Source: an uncultured Clostridia bacterium (GTDB lineage Bacteria; Bacillota; Clostridia; TANB77; CAG-508). From it: 64,000 nt of DNA. The notes under the pieces are model-generated. The model was not told the DNA's origin and made no database searches. It worked only from the letters and a program-made list of their open reading frames with translations. Shown here piece after piece: positions 19,496-29,931 of the stretch (positions within the stretch are counted from its first letter, which is position 1; each line of letters opens with the position of its first letter). Both the position numbers and the translations under genes were made by a program. The stretch spans positions 31,731-95,730 of the forward strand of contig CANQGE010000001.1 in the NCBI GenBank assembly GCA_947601495.1. The letters are read 5' to 3'.

Positions 19496-21604
19496 TTATT
19501 CTTCGCTATATAAGTCTTTTCTTGTTAAATTAATTCTGCCTTGGTCGTCTATTTCATAAACTTTAACAGTTACTTCATCTCCAAGTTTTAAGACATCTTC
19601 TACTTTATTTATTCTTTCTTTTGCTATTTTAGAAATGTGAAGTAATCCTTCTTTTCCTCCGCCTAAATCTATAAATGCACCAAATGTAGCTATTCTTGTA
19701 ACTTTTCCTGTATAGATTCCATCAACTTCAATTTCTCTTGTTATTTCTTCTATGATACTTTGAGCAGATCTTGCTTTTTCTATATCATCTGAATAAATAA
19801 ATACAGAACCATCTTCTTCAATATCAATTTTAACTCCTGTTTCTTCAATAATTTTATTAATAACTTTTCCGCCAGAACCAATAACATCTTTAATTTTTTC
19901 TGGATTAATTTGCATATTAATAATTTTTGGAGCATATTTTGAAATTTCTTTTCTAGGTTCAGAAATTTGTGGAAGCATTATTTCATCTAAAATGTATGTC
20001 CTTGCTTTTGCTGTTCTCTCAAATGCTTCTTCAATAATTTCATAGCTTAATCCATCAACTTTTATATCTACTTGAATTGCTGTTATTCCATCTTTTGTTC
20101 CACCAACTTTAAAGTCCATATCGCCAAAGAAATCTTCAATTCCTTGAATATCTGTAATAACAACATATTTGCTTGGATCATTTTCATCAGTAATTAATCC
20201 TGTTGAAATACCTGCAACTGGTTTCTTTATTGGAACACCAGCATCCATTAATGCCAATGTTGATGCACAAATGCTTCCTTGTGATGTAGAACCATTTGAA
20301 CTTAAAATTTCAGATACAACTCTTATTGAATAAGGAAATTCTTCTACACTTGGAAGTACTGGAACTAATGCTTTTTCAGCTAATGCACCATGTCCAATTT
20401 CTCTTCTTCCAGGTCCACGAGAAGCTTTTACTTCTCCAACACTATATCCTGGAAAATTATATTGATGCATATATCTTTTTGATTCTTCTGTATCTAGTCC
20501 ATCTAATAATTGCTCTTCGCTTTTCATTCCTAATGTAACTATTGACATTACTTGTGTTCTTCCTCTATTAAATAAACTACTACCATGAACTCTAGGAATT
20601 AATCCAACTTCACAAGATAATGGTCTTATATCATATATTCCTCTACCATCAACTCTTTTTCCTTCTTCTAGTATTAGTTTTCTAACAGTTTTCTTCTCTA
20701 ATTTATATATAGCATCTGCTATAGCTGTTTTATCTTCTTCAGCTTTTTCTTCACCAAATTTTTCAATATACCAATTTTTAACATCTTCTGAAAGCTTGTC
20801 TATTTTTTCATCTCTTTCTGGTTTATCTGGTGTTTGAACATCTTGTTTCATTCTTTCAGAAAATTCATTTGCTATTACTTCATAAACTTCTTCATTTACA
20901 GCAAAAGATGTATATTCAAATTTTGGTTTTCCTATTTCATCTTTTATTCCTTGTATAAATTCACATACTTTTTTAATTTCTACATGTGCTGTTTTAATTG
21001 CATCTAACATTGTTTTGTTTGGTATTTCATCAGCACCTGCTTCTATCATTGCTATTTTATCTTTAGTTCCTGCAACAGTTAATGTTAATCTACTATTTTT
21101 TCTTTGTTCTTCAGTAGGATTTATAACTATTTGGTCATTAACATATCCAACTGCAACAGCTGCTGTTGGTCCTCCAAATGGTATATCAGATATTGAAAGT
21201 GCAGCAGAAGTTCCTATCATACTGCAAACTTCTGGTGAGCAATCTTGCTCTACTGATAAAACTAAACAGCTAACAACAACATCATTTCTAAAATCTTTTG
21301 GGAACAATGGTCTAATTGGTCTATCTATTGCTCTTGCTGTTAAAATTGCTTTATCTGTTGGTTTTCCTTCTCTTTTTGTAAAGCTTCCAGGTATTTTTCC
21401 AACAGCATATAATCTTTCTTCATAATCTACTGAAAGTGGGAAAAAGTCTATTCCTTCTTTTGGTTCTTTTGAAGCTGTAACATTAACAAGTACAGTTGTT
21501 TCGCCATATCTTACAAGTACGCTTCCATTGGCAAGTCCTGCCATTTTTCCTGTTTCTATAGTAAGTGTTCTTCCTGCTAATTCCATACTATAAGTTTTAA
21601 ACAT
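19496..21604 (-). CDS. pnp: Polyribonucleotide nucleotidyltransferase (PNPase)
   Basis: N-terminus MFKTY...AGRTLTIETGKMAGLANGSVLVRYGETTVL. Two RNase PH domains, a KH domain and a C-terminal S1 domain. 702 aa. Confidence 0.95.
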   Translation of the reverse strand: MFKTYSMELAGRTLTIETGKMAGLANGSVLVRYGETTVLVNVTASKEPKEGIDFFPLSVDYEERLYAVGKIPGSFTKREGKPTDKAILTARAIDRPIRPLFPKDFRNDVVVSCLVLSVEQDCSPEVCSMIGTSAALSISDIPFGGPTAAVAVGYVNDQIVINPTEEQRKNSRLTLTVAGTKDKIAMIEAGADEIPNKTMLDAIKTAHVEIKKVCEFIQGIKDEIGKPKFEYTSFAVNEEVYEVIANEFSERMKQDVQTPDKPERDEKIDKLSEDVKNWYIEKFGEEKAEEDKTAIADAIYKLEKKTVRKLILEEGKRVDGRGIYDIRPLSCEVGLIPRVHGSSLFNRGRTQVMSIVTLGMKSEEQLLDGLDTEESKRYMHQYNFPGYSVGEVKASRGPGRREIGHGALAEKALVPVLPSVEEFPYSIRVVSEILSSNGSTSQGSICASTLALMDAGVPIKKPVAGISTGLITDENDPSKYVVITDIQGIEDFFGDMDFKVGGTKDGITAIQVDIKVDGLSYEIIEEAFERTAKARTYILDEIMLPQISEPRKEISKYAPKIINMQINPEKIKDVIGSGGKVINKIIEETGVKIDIEEDGSVFIYSDDIEKARSAQSIIEEITREIEVDGIYTGKVTRIATFGAFIDLGGGKEGLLHISKIAKERINKVEDVLKLGDEVTVKVYEIDDQGRINLTRKDLYSEE

Positions 21605-21837
21605 TTTACATTCCTCCTATAAATTAATTTTATTTATTTGAAATGTAACCTCTACAATATAGTATTTTGCTTAAAAATAATACATTGTACAAGCTACTCT
21701 TTCAAATAAATAACCATAAGTATTTTACTATATTAACATAAAAAAATCAAGATAATATTTATTTCTAAGTTCTATCATTTGCATTTGTATATTTTTTAAT
21801 TATTAATTTTATTTTTAGCTATTATTATTTAAATAGC

Positions 21838-21991
21838 TATCTAATATAGTTTATATAATTTAAAGGTAACGCGTAAGCGACCAACCGAAGCGAAAGCGAA
21901 GGGCGATTGGAGCAATCTTCATTTTGTTAATTTTAAAAAAAGAAGATTGCGACACCAAGTTACCGATAAATTATATAAACTATATTAGATA
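21838..21991. repeat. Foldback element copy 1: 25-bp perfect outer inverted repeat flanking a 100-nt GC-rich core (21865-21964, GGTAAC...GTTACC)
   Basis: Outer arms tatctaatatagtttatataattta and its exact reverse complement. Core ggtaacgcgtaagcgaccaaccgaagcgaaagcgaagggcgattggagcaatcttc...gaagattgcgacaccaagttacc, which contains an internal stem agcaatcttc/gaagattgc. The same core occurs in reverse orientation at 44553-44652. It lies in the rpsO-pnp intergenic (pnp leader) region. Confidence 0.8.
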
Positions 21992-22039
21992 ATGGTATTT
22001 TAATTAAACAGATATAATAAACTTAAAATAAAATTTTTG

Positions 22040-22072
22040 CTTCAAAATAAAAAACTCGGAACAAATCCGAGC
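22040..22072 (-). terminator. Rho-independent terminator / attenuator after rpsO (ahead of pnp)
   Basis: Minus-strand AAAAGCUCGGAUUUGUUCCGAGUUUUUUAUUUU, with a 6-bp GC-containing stem plus a U-run, 7 nt after the rpsO stop. This is the classical rpsO-pnp arrangement. Confidence 0.7.
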
Positions 22073-22078
22073 TTTTAA

Positions 22079-22342
22079 TTATTTTCTTAAGTTTAATTTT
22101 TTAACTATTTCTCTATATCTGTTAACATCTTTCTTAGCTAAATAGTTTAATAAATTTCTTCTTTTACCAATCATTTTTAATAATCCTCTTCTAGAGTGAT
22201 TATCTTTTTGATGAACTTTTAAGTGTTCTGTTAATTCTGATATTCTTTCTGATAAAAGAGCAATTTGTACTTCTGGTGATCCAGTATCATTTTCTTCTCT
22301 CTTATAAGTATTAATAATTTCTTGTTTTCTTTCTTTAGTCAT
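22079..22342 (-). CDS. rpsO: 30S ribosomal protein S15
   Basis: [68 protein letters not shown] matches S15. The track ORF starts 11 codons earlier, at 22375. I place the start at the internal Met (MTKERKQ) to match the usual S15 length, but either start is possible. Confidence 0.85.
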   Translation of the reverse strand: MTKERKQEIINTYKREENDTGSPEVQIALLSERISELTEHLKVHQKDNHSRRGLLKMIGKRRNLLNYLAKKDVNRYREIVKKLNLRK

Positions 22343-22478
22343 TATCTTTATCCTCCTATTTATTTTATTTGCCATAAGCTGAGTATAAAGTAGGTTTTTC
22401 CTTTAAACTAAGTTTGTGGTATTTTTTAACATAGCTATTGTACAATATTTTTTTTAAAAAATCAAGCATTTAGAAAAA

Positions 22479-23153
22479 TTAATCTAATTCTTCGCGTTCT
22501 TTTTCTTTTTTTGCTATATATAAAACTAATTCAACCACAGCAATAACTGTCATTAAGTTTACTATTACAGGTGATACTGGGATTCTTACTATTGCTATTA
22601 GGCTTGCTATAGCAAGTTCTGTTAAAGCAACTAGTACAAATAGTTTTCCTAACAATTCAAATGTATTCATTTTTCTAAATCTAATAACTAAATATGCAAC
22701 AATTACTACTACTGAAATAATTACTGGTTTTATATATGGTCTAATTAAATCTCTTATTCTTACATTTGAAACTTTCATTCTTTCAATATTTTCTGCTTCA
22801 AGCTCTGTTCCATATTTTTCATTTATTTTAGTTACTAAATTGTTTCTTTCTTCATCTGTGATAGATTGTGAGCTTATATTAAATGAATCTCTAAAGAAAT
22901 CTACACTTCTTACAACTACTGCTTTTTTTCCAAAAACTTCTTTACATATATCTTTTACTTCTTTTATATTTGTTTCTTTTCCTATAAATATATTTATTGA
23001 TTCATGTTGTTCTAACATTAAATATACATTAAATCCTTTCAATGCTACTACAACTAGTCCTGCAACTATTAAAAGAATCAAGCCCAATATAATTATTTTT
23101 TTGCTTCCATTTAATTCCATTGTTTTTCTCCTTTTATAAACTATTTTAAACAT
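22479..23153 (-). CDS. secF: SecF-like protein-export membrane protein, short and apparently C-terminally truncated relative to canonical SecF
   Basis: It aligns with SecF: the TM1 plus GFN region (LILLIVAGLVVVALKGFNVYL...IFIGKETNIKEV) and the YLVIRFRK...LVALTELAIASLIAIV block (SecF YVGFRFEWR...ALAHDVIITLG). It lacks the last ~80 aa, which in canonical SecF carry the final TM helices. It overlaps the upstream secD-like gene by 8 nt. Confidence 0.5.
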   Translation of the reverse strand: MFKIVYKRRKTMELNGSKKIIILGLILLIVAGLVVVALKGFNVYLMLEQHESINIFIGKETNIKEVKDICKEVFGKKAVVVRSVDFFRDSFNISSQSITDEERNNLVTKINEKYGTELEAENIERMKVSNVRIRDLIRPYIKPVIISVVVIVAYLVIRFRKMNTFELLGKLFVLVALTELAIASLIAIVRIPVSPVIVNLMTVIAVVELVLYIAKKEKEREELD

Positions 23154-24573
23154 TTATAATAAACAAATAATTGTATAATGCTTGAAGGAATAATCCCCAG
23201 AATAGAATCATTCCTATACTGCTTATAACCACACTAGACATAAATGTAAATATTATAGAAATTGCACAAATAGGTATAATTGCTAAATACATTTTTTTCA
23301 TAGTTTCTAATAAAGCTATTTTCTTCATTTGGTTAGATTCTAATCTCTTTAAATATTTGATAACAAAAATATAATTTATAATTACTACAGCTACAGTAGC
23401 TATCAAAGCATTTACTGTTATTGCAACATTTGTATATCTTAATATAAGATTTAATAATCCTAAATATCCTAAAGTTAGTATAGAAGCTTTTAATCCTTCT
23501 AATTTAAATCTAATTATTAAATATAAACTTACAACAGCTATAGCTACTATAGTTACTATTTCTGCTACTAATTTTACATCATTAGTTAAAACAGAATTAA
23601 TACGATTATCTGAGCTCAATGTGTATTTTAAAGGTAAAGCATCATCATTTAAAATGTCTACTATCATTGATACACTTTGTGCAACTTCTTTATATTCATC
23701 AAAATCTTCTGTTGCTTGTCCCATAGGAATTTGTAACACGCCTGTTGCTAGTTCTTCGCCGAAATAAGTTGTACTAATAACTTGGTCGTCCATCTTTATA
23801 GAAATATAATTTGTTGTTTCTGTTCCATCTTCTGCTGTAACAGTTTGATATTTATTACTAATATCTTTTAATTTATCTTTTCCATCTTTTTCAAATGTTA
23901 GTTGTAAATATGCTTGGTATGAATTATTATTATTTGATGCTAACATTTTAGCTTCTTTTAAAGTTGAATCATCCATTAATATTAATCCATTTTGATAATC
24001 GATAATTTCAATTTTTCCAACTGTAGAAACTAAGGCTTGTTCAAGTGATAAATTTTCATTATCTGGTAATTCTATAATTATTTCTCCAGTAATACTATCT
24101 AGTCTTATATTATATTCATATACATCCATTTTTTCTAATCTAGATTGAATTACTTTTTTTGCTTTTTCGAAGTTTTCTTTTGTTATACTAGAATCTTCAT
24201 TTGCTTTTATTGTTCTTGTTTCTTTAGTATAGCCTTCTACTTCTGTCTTATCTTCTTCTGGTTCTTCAGTTTTTTCTGCTGATTGATCATTGGTATCTAA
24301 AGAAATTTCTGTATTTGAAGGAGTTTCTTCTTTTACTTCTCCTGCATAATTTCCACCAGCATCTACATATATTTCTTTTTCTTCTTCTGAGTTATCTAAT
24401 ACATAATGTAATTCTCTTTTTCCATCTAGCTCCATTCCTAGATTAAAATCTGGTAATATGTTTCTCCAAATTCCATAATTCTTAACATATAGTCCAACAA
24501 AAGCTACTACTGCTATTAATATTGCACCTAATAGTATTGTTATTGTTTTTACTGTTTTTAAATTCTTTTCCAA
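23146..24573 (-). CDS. secD: SecD-like protein-export membrane protein (divergent)
   Basis: N-terminal TM helix and a large extracytoplasmic domain. KVIQSRLEKMDVYEYNIRLDSITGEIIIELPDNENLSLEQALVSTVGKIEI parallels SecD's IRNRVNELGV...IVVELPG...AKEILG..A.LEF. The C-terminal multi-TM block LYLIIRFKLEGLKASILTLGYLGLLNLIL parallels SecD's MILYYR.FGL.A.IAL. It lies downstream of queA-tgt, as in the conserved queA-tgt-yajC-secDF neighbourhood. Confidence 0.55.
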   Translation of the reverse strand: MEKNLKTVKTITILLGAILIAVVAFVGLYVKNYGIWRNILPDFNLGMELDGKRELHYVLDNSEEEKEIYVDAGGNYAGEVKEETPSNTEISLDTNDQSAEKTEEPEEDKTEVEGYTKETRTIKANEDSSITKENFEKAKKVIQSRLEKMDVYEYNIRLDSITGEIIIELPDNENLSLEQALVSTVGKIEIIDYQNGLILMDDSTLKEAKMLASNNNNSYQAYLQLTFEKDGKDKLKDISNKYQTVTAEDGTETTNYISIKMDDQVISTTYFGEELATGVLQIPMGQATEDFDEYKEVAQSVSMIVDILNDDALPLKYTLSSDNRINSVLTNDVKLVAEIVTIVAIAVVSLYLIIRFKLEGLKASILTLGYLGLLNLILRYTNVAITVNALIATVAVVIINYIFVIKYLKRLESNQMKKIALLETMKKMYLAIIPICAISIIFTFMSSVVISSIGMILFWGLFLQALYNYLFIINV

Positions 24574-24585
24574 AGTTATTACCTC

Positions 24586-25245
24586 CTATAATAAGTTTGT
24601 ATCATTTATAATTAATTCAAACCATAAACCTAAATATTTTGCTGCTCTTTTGCTCATTTTTGTTCTATCCATAAATATTTCAAAATAATCTATAACAGGA
24701 CAAATTTTTGTATCTATTGTTAAATTTAATATTGCTTTTCTTTCTTCAACATCAATTTTGAGCTCCGAATTTGTAACTGCATAATTTACTTCATCGTGTT
24801 TATCGAATAAACTTCTATCTTTTTTTGAAACTCTGCTTCTATGTGCATCAGATTTGTCTGCTAAAATAAGGGCCGCCGATATGTCGCTAACTGCTGTACC
24901 AGTTAATTCATCATGGTTTCCTATTGCCATCATAATTTCAGTTCTATCAGATGCTTCCATGTTCATATCTTTTAAAATATTATAAGCAAGAATCGCTCCG
25001 GTATGTGCATGGTCTACTCTGTTTACAGAATTACCAATATCATGCATATAGCCAGCAATCCTTGCAAGTTCTATTCTATGTTCATCATATCCTAGAGTTC
25101 TAAGTATGTTTCCTGCTCTTTCAGCAACTACAGATACATGTCTATTAGAATGTTCTGTATATCCTAAAACGTCTAATTGCTTTTGAGCATTTTTTATTAG
25201 TTCTTTTACTTCTACATTATTAACAACATCCTCAAAAGTTACCAT
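24586..25245 (-). CDS. HD-domain phosphohydrolase family protein
   Basis: HD motif residues H...HD in HSNRHVSVVAERAGN...AGYMHDIGN and a downstream NHDE. 219 aa. Confidence 0.6.
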   Translation of the reverse strand: MVTFEDVVNNVEVKELIKNAQKQLDVLGYTEHSNRHVSVVAERAGNILRTLGYDEHRIELARIAGYMHDIGNSVNRVDHAHTGAILAYNILKDMNMEASDRTEIMMAIGNHDELTGTAVSDISAALILADKSDAHRSRVSKKDRSLFDKHDEVNYAVTNSELKIDVEERKAILNLTIDTKICPVIDYFEIFMDRTKMSKRAAKYLGLWFELIINDTNLL

Positions 25246-25345
25246 ATATCCTCCCTTGATTTTGTCTTATGTAAATTCTTGAATCATTATTCTTGTAAAT
25301 TGTATATTAAATTTTTAAAAATATCAACTATTTTAAATAAAATAT

Positions 25346-25699
25346 TTATTTAAAATTTACACCTATTATTCCACCAATTGCTCCTCCTAAGATTCCAAGA
25401 GCCATCATTATTATCGAATTAATATTTAAATTAAATTTTAAGTTTATAATACTTGATATCAAATATAGGATAACCATATATATAAATCCTAATATACTTC
25501 CATATAAAATTCCTTTTTCTTTTTTTATTCTTGAAATTCTAAATCCGCAAACTAAAAGTGAAAAGCTCACAATAGCAATTGTTACTGGAACAATTACAGT
25601 TTCACTTAAAGACGTTTCACTAAGCAAAATTGATAAGATAAAAATTAAAGCTACTGAAATTAGAATTGATAAAAAAGTTTCTCTAAAAAAATATTTCAT
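25346..25699 (-). CDS. Small multi-TM membrane protein with a Gly-rich C-terminus (TIGR04086/YrzE-like)
   Basis: 117 aa with three to four hydrophobic helices. It ends ALGILGGAIGGIIGVNFK. Confidence 0.5.
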   Translation of the reverse strand: MKYFFRETFLSILISVALIFILSILLSETSLSETVIVPVTIAIVSFSLLVCGFRISRIKKEKGILYGSILGFIYMVILYLISSIINLKFNLNINSIIMMALGILGGAIGGIIGVNFK

Positions 25700-25790
25700 A
25701 AAATCCTCCTAAAAAATTTTTTAATTTAATTTTTTATTAACTATATAATATAACTGAATTGCAGCTATCGCTTTTGAAAGTAATTGAGTT

Positions 25791-25866
25791 AGAATTGCTT
25801 AATATATTTTACGGAAAGAGTTCACAAACTTGTGGAAGGGTGCCGTAAAATGTATTTAGCAATTCT
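25791..25866. repeat. Long imperfect palindrome (~76 bp) in the intergenic region upstream of the small membrane-protein gene
   Basis: Outer stem agaattgct/agcaattct and inner stem ttttacgg/ccgtaaaa enclose the palindromic core cacaaacttgtg. It reads the same on both strands. Confidence 0.6.
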
Positions 25867-25967
25867 ACGAAAATTAGCTTGAACAAGATAGCGAAAATGA
25901 AGTTATATTATATAGCTAATAAAGCTTATTTCTAAGTAAAAGTTTTTAAGCAAAAGTATATTTTTAA

Positions 25968-26004
25968 ACAAAAAAATACTTCTATAAAATTATATTTATA
26001 GAAG
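25968..26004 (-). terminator. Rho-independent terminator after the WG-repeat protein gene (hairpin also followed by a T-run on the plus strand)
   Basis: Perfect 9-bp stem cttctataa/ttatagaag at 25979-25987 and 25996-26004 with an 8-nt loop. On the minus strand it is followed by UAUUUUUUUG. Confidence 0.6.
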
Positions 26005-26037
26005 CATTTTTTATAACTATTTAATATATCTTTTCTA

Positions 26038-27621
26038 TTAATTTGATGTATTTGAATTTGAAACTTTATTAGTTGTATTTTCAGTATTTGTAGAAGAATT
26101 TTTGTCAGTAGTTGTATTTGAAACTTTATTTTCATTAGAAGTTGTTTCACTTTCAGTATCGCTATTTTTTTCTTCATTCTCTTCTTTTTCATCTATGTTT
26201 ATAAGATTTTGTTCTTCTAAGAAATCTCTTAAAGGTCTTGCCTGTCCATCATGTTCCATATAATATGTTGTTTCTCCTGATTTTGTAATTGCATATATTT
26301 TAGTGCAAACACAAGGTAATACTATTCTTTCCTCAGTTATATCATATATTCCATATAGTTCATCTTTCTTTATAACAATTCCTTTTATTCCAACAGATGG
26401 TGGTATAAGAAGAACATTTTCTTCATGTCCTGATGTAGTTTCTTTTGAACCAGTTTTATATCCTAAATCATCTATTGTAATTGATAATATTAAATCTCCT
26501 TCTGTATTACATAATCCATATAAATCATCTTTTTGAACAGGTATAACTTCTCCAAAAAGTAATGATGAATTTTCAATATCGTCTAGTTCAAATTCAGAAG
26601 TATCAAAACCTATTGCATCATTTTCTGCATGAATAAGAGTTTTTCCATTTCTATTTACAACTCCAAATTCTCCATCTTTTTCTACTAAATAAAGTTGTTT
26701 TTCATCATCTAGCAAAGAAATATTTTCAAATTCTGACGGAGCAATTACTGTTCCACCATCTGAGTTTAATATTCCCATTGTTCCATTTGATGCAGTTACA
26801 TAAAATTCTTTTACATTTTGAACAAATTTTATATCATTATATTTTACACCTATTACTTCTCTGCCATTTTCGCTTAAAGAAATTACGCCATATAAATTAT
26901 CTTTTGAACCTTCTGTACCTTTTGAAACTATAACAAAATCATACAAAATTGATTTTAAGTTTTCATAATATCCACTTATTTGTGTATATCCAAGTTGAGC
27001 AATAGAAGATTTTGCTTGTTTAACTATATAATCTAAAGTATAAAATCTATATCTATATGGTTTCCAATCAATTCTTAAATTAAGCATTTCTGCAGCATCT
27101 TCTTTTGAAACATATATTTTTCCATCAATAAATTTTAAAGGATTTATTAAATCAAAGTTTTCGCAATAACCACTTTTATTTTTTGTAGTTACAACTATAT
27201 CTGCGATAGTAATTTTTTGACTAGTTGAAACCGTTGAAATATATTTTTGATATTTATTTTCATTAACTGACATTGCAACTATTTCAAAATCATTTTGTAA
27301 ATAGCAACTATCAGCATTTTCATTATATTTATTATATTCACCTTGATTATATGTATAGTTTAATAGAGTGGCTAATTCATTAGCATTTAAATATACTGTT
27401 CCTTCAATTTCTTTATAGAAATCATCTGGAAAGCTTTGTTGCTGATTATTATCTATAAATACTTTGTCTGTAACTGAATCTTGATATTGTAAAAGTAGAA
27501 TCATTGCAACAAGTCCTACTATTAAAAGTGCACATAATACTATAGAAAGCATAACTCCTTTTCTGTTTCTAGTATTTTTTTCCATTTTTTCTCTGTACAA
27601 ATCGCTTTCTTCTAAGTTCAT
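26038..27621 (-). CDS. Membrane-anchored WG-repeat (KWG-like) protein with an S/T/N-rich C-terminal tail
   Basis: N-terminal TM helix (VMLSIVLCALLIVGLVAMILLL). There are several repeats of the type [DE]xxYG[LVI]xxxxGxx[IV][IL], for example KDDLYGLCNTEGDLIL, KDELYGIYDITEERIVL, KDGEFGVVNRNGKTLI and KDNLYGVISLSENGREVI. C-terminal low-complexity TSNENKVSNTTTDKNSSTNTENTTNKVSNSNTSN. 527 aa. Confidence 0.6.
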   Translation of the reverse strand: MNLEESDLYREKMEKNTRNRKGVMLSIVLCALLIVGLVAMILLLQYQDSVTDKVFIDNNQQQSFPDDFYKEIEGTVYLNANELATLLNYTYNQGEYNKYNENADSCYLQNDFEIVAMSVNENKYQKYISTVSTSQKITIADIVVTTKNKSGYCENFDLINPLKFIDGKIYVSKEDAAEMLNLRIDWKPYRYRFYTLDYIVKQAKSSIAQLGYTQISGYYENLKSILYDFVIVSKGTEGSKDNLYGVISLSENGREVIGVKYNDIKFVQNVKEFYVTASNGTMGILNSDGGTVIAPSEFENISLLDDEKQLYLVEKDGEFGVVNRNGKTLIHAENDAIGFDTSEFELDDIENSSLLFGEVIPVQKDDLYGLCNTEGDLILSITIDDLGYKTGSKETTSGHEENVLLIPPSVGIKGIVIKKDELYGIYDITEERIVLPCVCTKIYAITKSGETTYYMEHDGQARPLRDFLEEQNLINIDEKEENEEKNSDTESETTSNENKVSNTTTDKNSSTNTENTTNKVSNSNTSN

Positions 27622-27635
27622 AAAAATCCCTCACT

Positions 27636-28784
<1,149 letters not shown>

Positions 28785-29810
28785 TTATTTTATTAACATT
28801 GCATCTCCGAAACTAAAAAATTTATATTCTTTTTCTACTGCTTCTTTATAAGCCTTCATAATAAAATCTTTTCCAGCTAAGCTAGAAACTAACATTATTA
28901 ATGTAGACTCTGGCAAATGGAAATTTGTTATTAAGCTATCTATGCATTTAAATTTATATCCTGGATAAATAAAAATGCTTGTGTCTGCTTCTATTTCTTC
29001 TACTAATCCGTCTTTATCTGCAACAGATTCTAATACTCTACAAGAGGTTGTTCCTACTGCTACTACTTTTTTTCCTTCAATTTTTGTTTTATTTATTTTA
29101 TCTGCATCTTCTTTTTTTATGTAATAATGTTCAGAATGCATTTTATGCTCTTCAACATTTTCTACTTTTACTGGTCTAAAAGTTCCTATTCCAACATGAA
29201 GAGTTACGTTTGCTATTCTTACACCTTTTTCTTCAATTTTCTTTAATAGTTCTTCAGTAAAATGTAATCCGGCAGTTGGTGCAGCAGCAGAGCCATCATA
29301 TTTAGCATAAACTGTTTGATATTTCTTTTGGTCTTCTTTTGTTGCTTCTGTAATGTATGGTGGAAGTGGCATAAGTCCAACTTGATCTAATATTTCATTA
29401 AAAATTCCTTTATATTCGAATTTAACTTTTCTATTTCCACCTTCTAAAACATCTAAAACAGTAGCTTTTAAAATTCCATCACCAAAATATACTACTGAAT
29501 TTGGTCTTAATTTATTTCCAGGTCTTACCATTGCCTCCCAAATATCGCCATCAATTCTCTTTAATAGTAAAAATTCTACTTGGGCTCCTGTATCTTTTTT
29601 TCCATATAGCCTTGCTGGAATAACTTTTGTGTTATTTATTACTAAGCAATCTCCTGGATTCAAATAATCAATTATATCTTTAAAGACTTTATGCTCTATT
29701 TTATTTTCTTTTTTATCTAGAACCATAAGTCTTGCTTCATCTCTTTTATCATATGGGTGTTGTGCAATTAATTTCTCTGGTAGTTCATAATTAAAGTCTG
29801 AGACTTTCAT
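28785..29810 (-). CDS. queA: S-adenosylmethionine:tRNA ribosyltransferase-isomerase
   Basis: N-terminus [19 protein letters not shown]...DEARLMVL is diagnostic of QueA. 341 aa. It is directly upstream of tgt. Confidence 0.9.
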   Translation of the reverse strand: MKVSDFNYELPEKLIAQHPYDKRDEARLMVLDKKENKIEHKVFKDIIDYLNPGDCLVINNTKVIPARLYGKKDTGAQVEFLLLKRIDGDIWEAMVRPGNKLRPNSVVYFGDGILKATVLDVLEGGNRKVKFEYKGIFNEILDQVGLMPLPPYITEATKEDQKKYQTVYAKYDGSAAAPTAGLHFTEELLKKIEEKGVRIANVTLHVGIGTFRPVKVENVEEHKMHSEHYYIKKEDADKINKTKIEGKKVVAVGTTSCRVLESVADKDGLVEEIEADTSIFIYPGYKFKCIDSLITNFHLPESTLIMLVSSLAGKDFIMKAYKEAVEKEYKFFSFGDAMLIK

Positions 29811-29931
29811 TTTAAAATCCTTTCTAAATATTTTTTATTAAATATATTTTTAAATTTATATATAACTTTAAATTTTAATCTTTTAATTAGCAAAATTATA
29901 TTATTCAATTAAGTTTTTCCGTTCCAGCTAA

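Noticed and set aside
21838-21991. Integron attC site or hammerhead/twister-type ribozyme assignment for the foldback core
   Set aside because: An attC-like imperfect palindrome was considered. The core is conserved between copies, whereas attC cassettes vary, and there is no intI and no R-box consensus. No CUGAUGA...GAAA hammerhead core or other ribozyme consensus that I can recall is present in either orientation.
22343-22375. Extended 98-aa rpsO start from the ORF track
   Set aside because: S15 is normally ~87-89 aa and the internal Met ([10 protein letters not shown]) aligns with the conserved S15 N-terminus. The longer start is kept only as an alternative.
25932-26192. 86-aa ORF overlapping the 3' end of the WG-repeat gene and the terminator
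   Set aside because: It is in a different frame and overlaps a better-supported gene and its terminator hairpin. Its composition is poly-K/I/Q low complexity.
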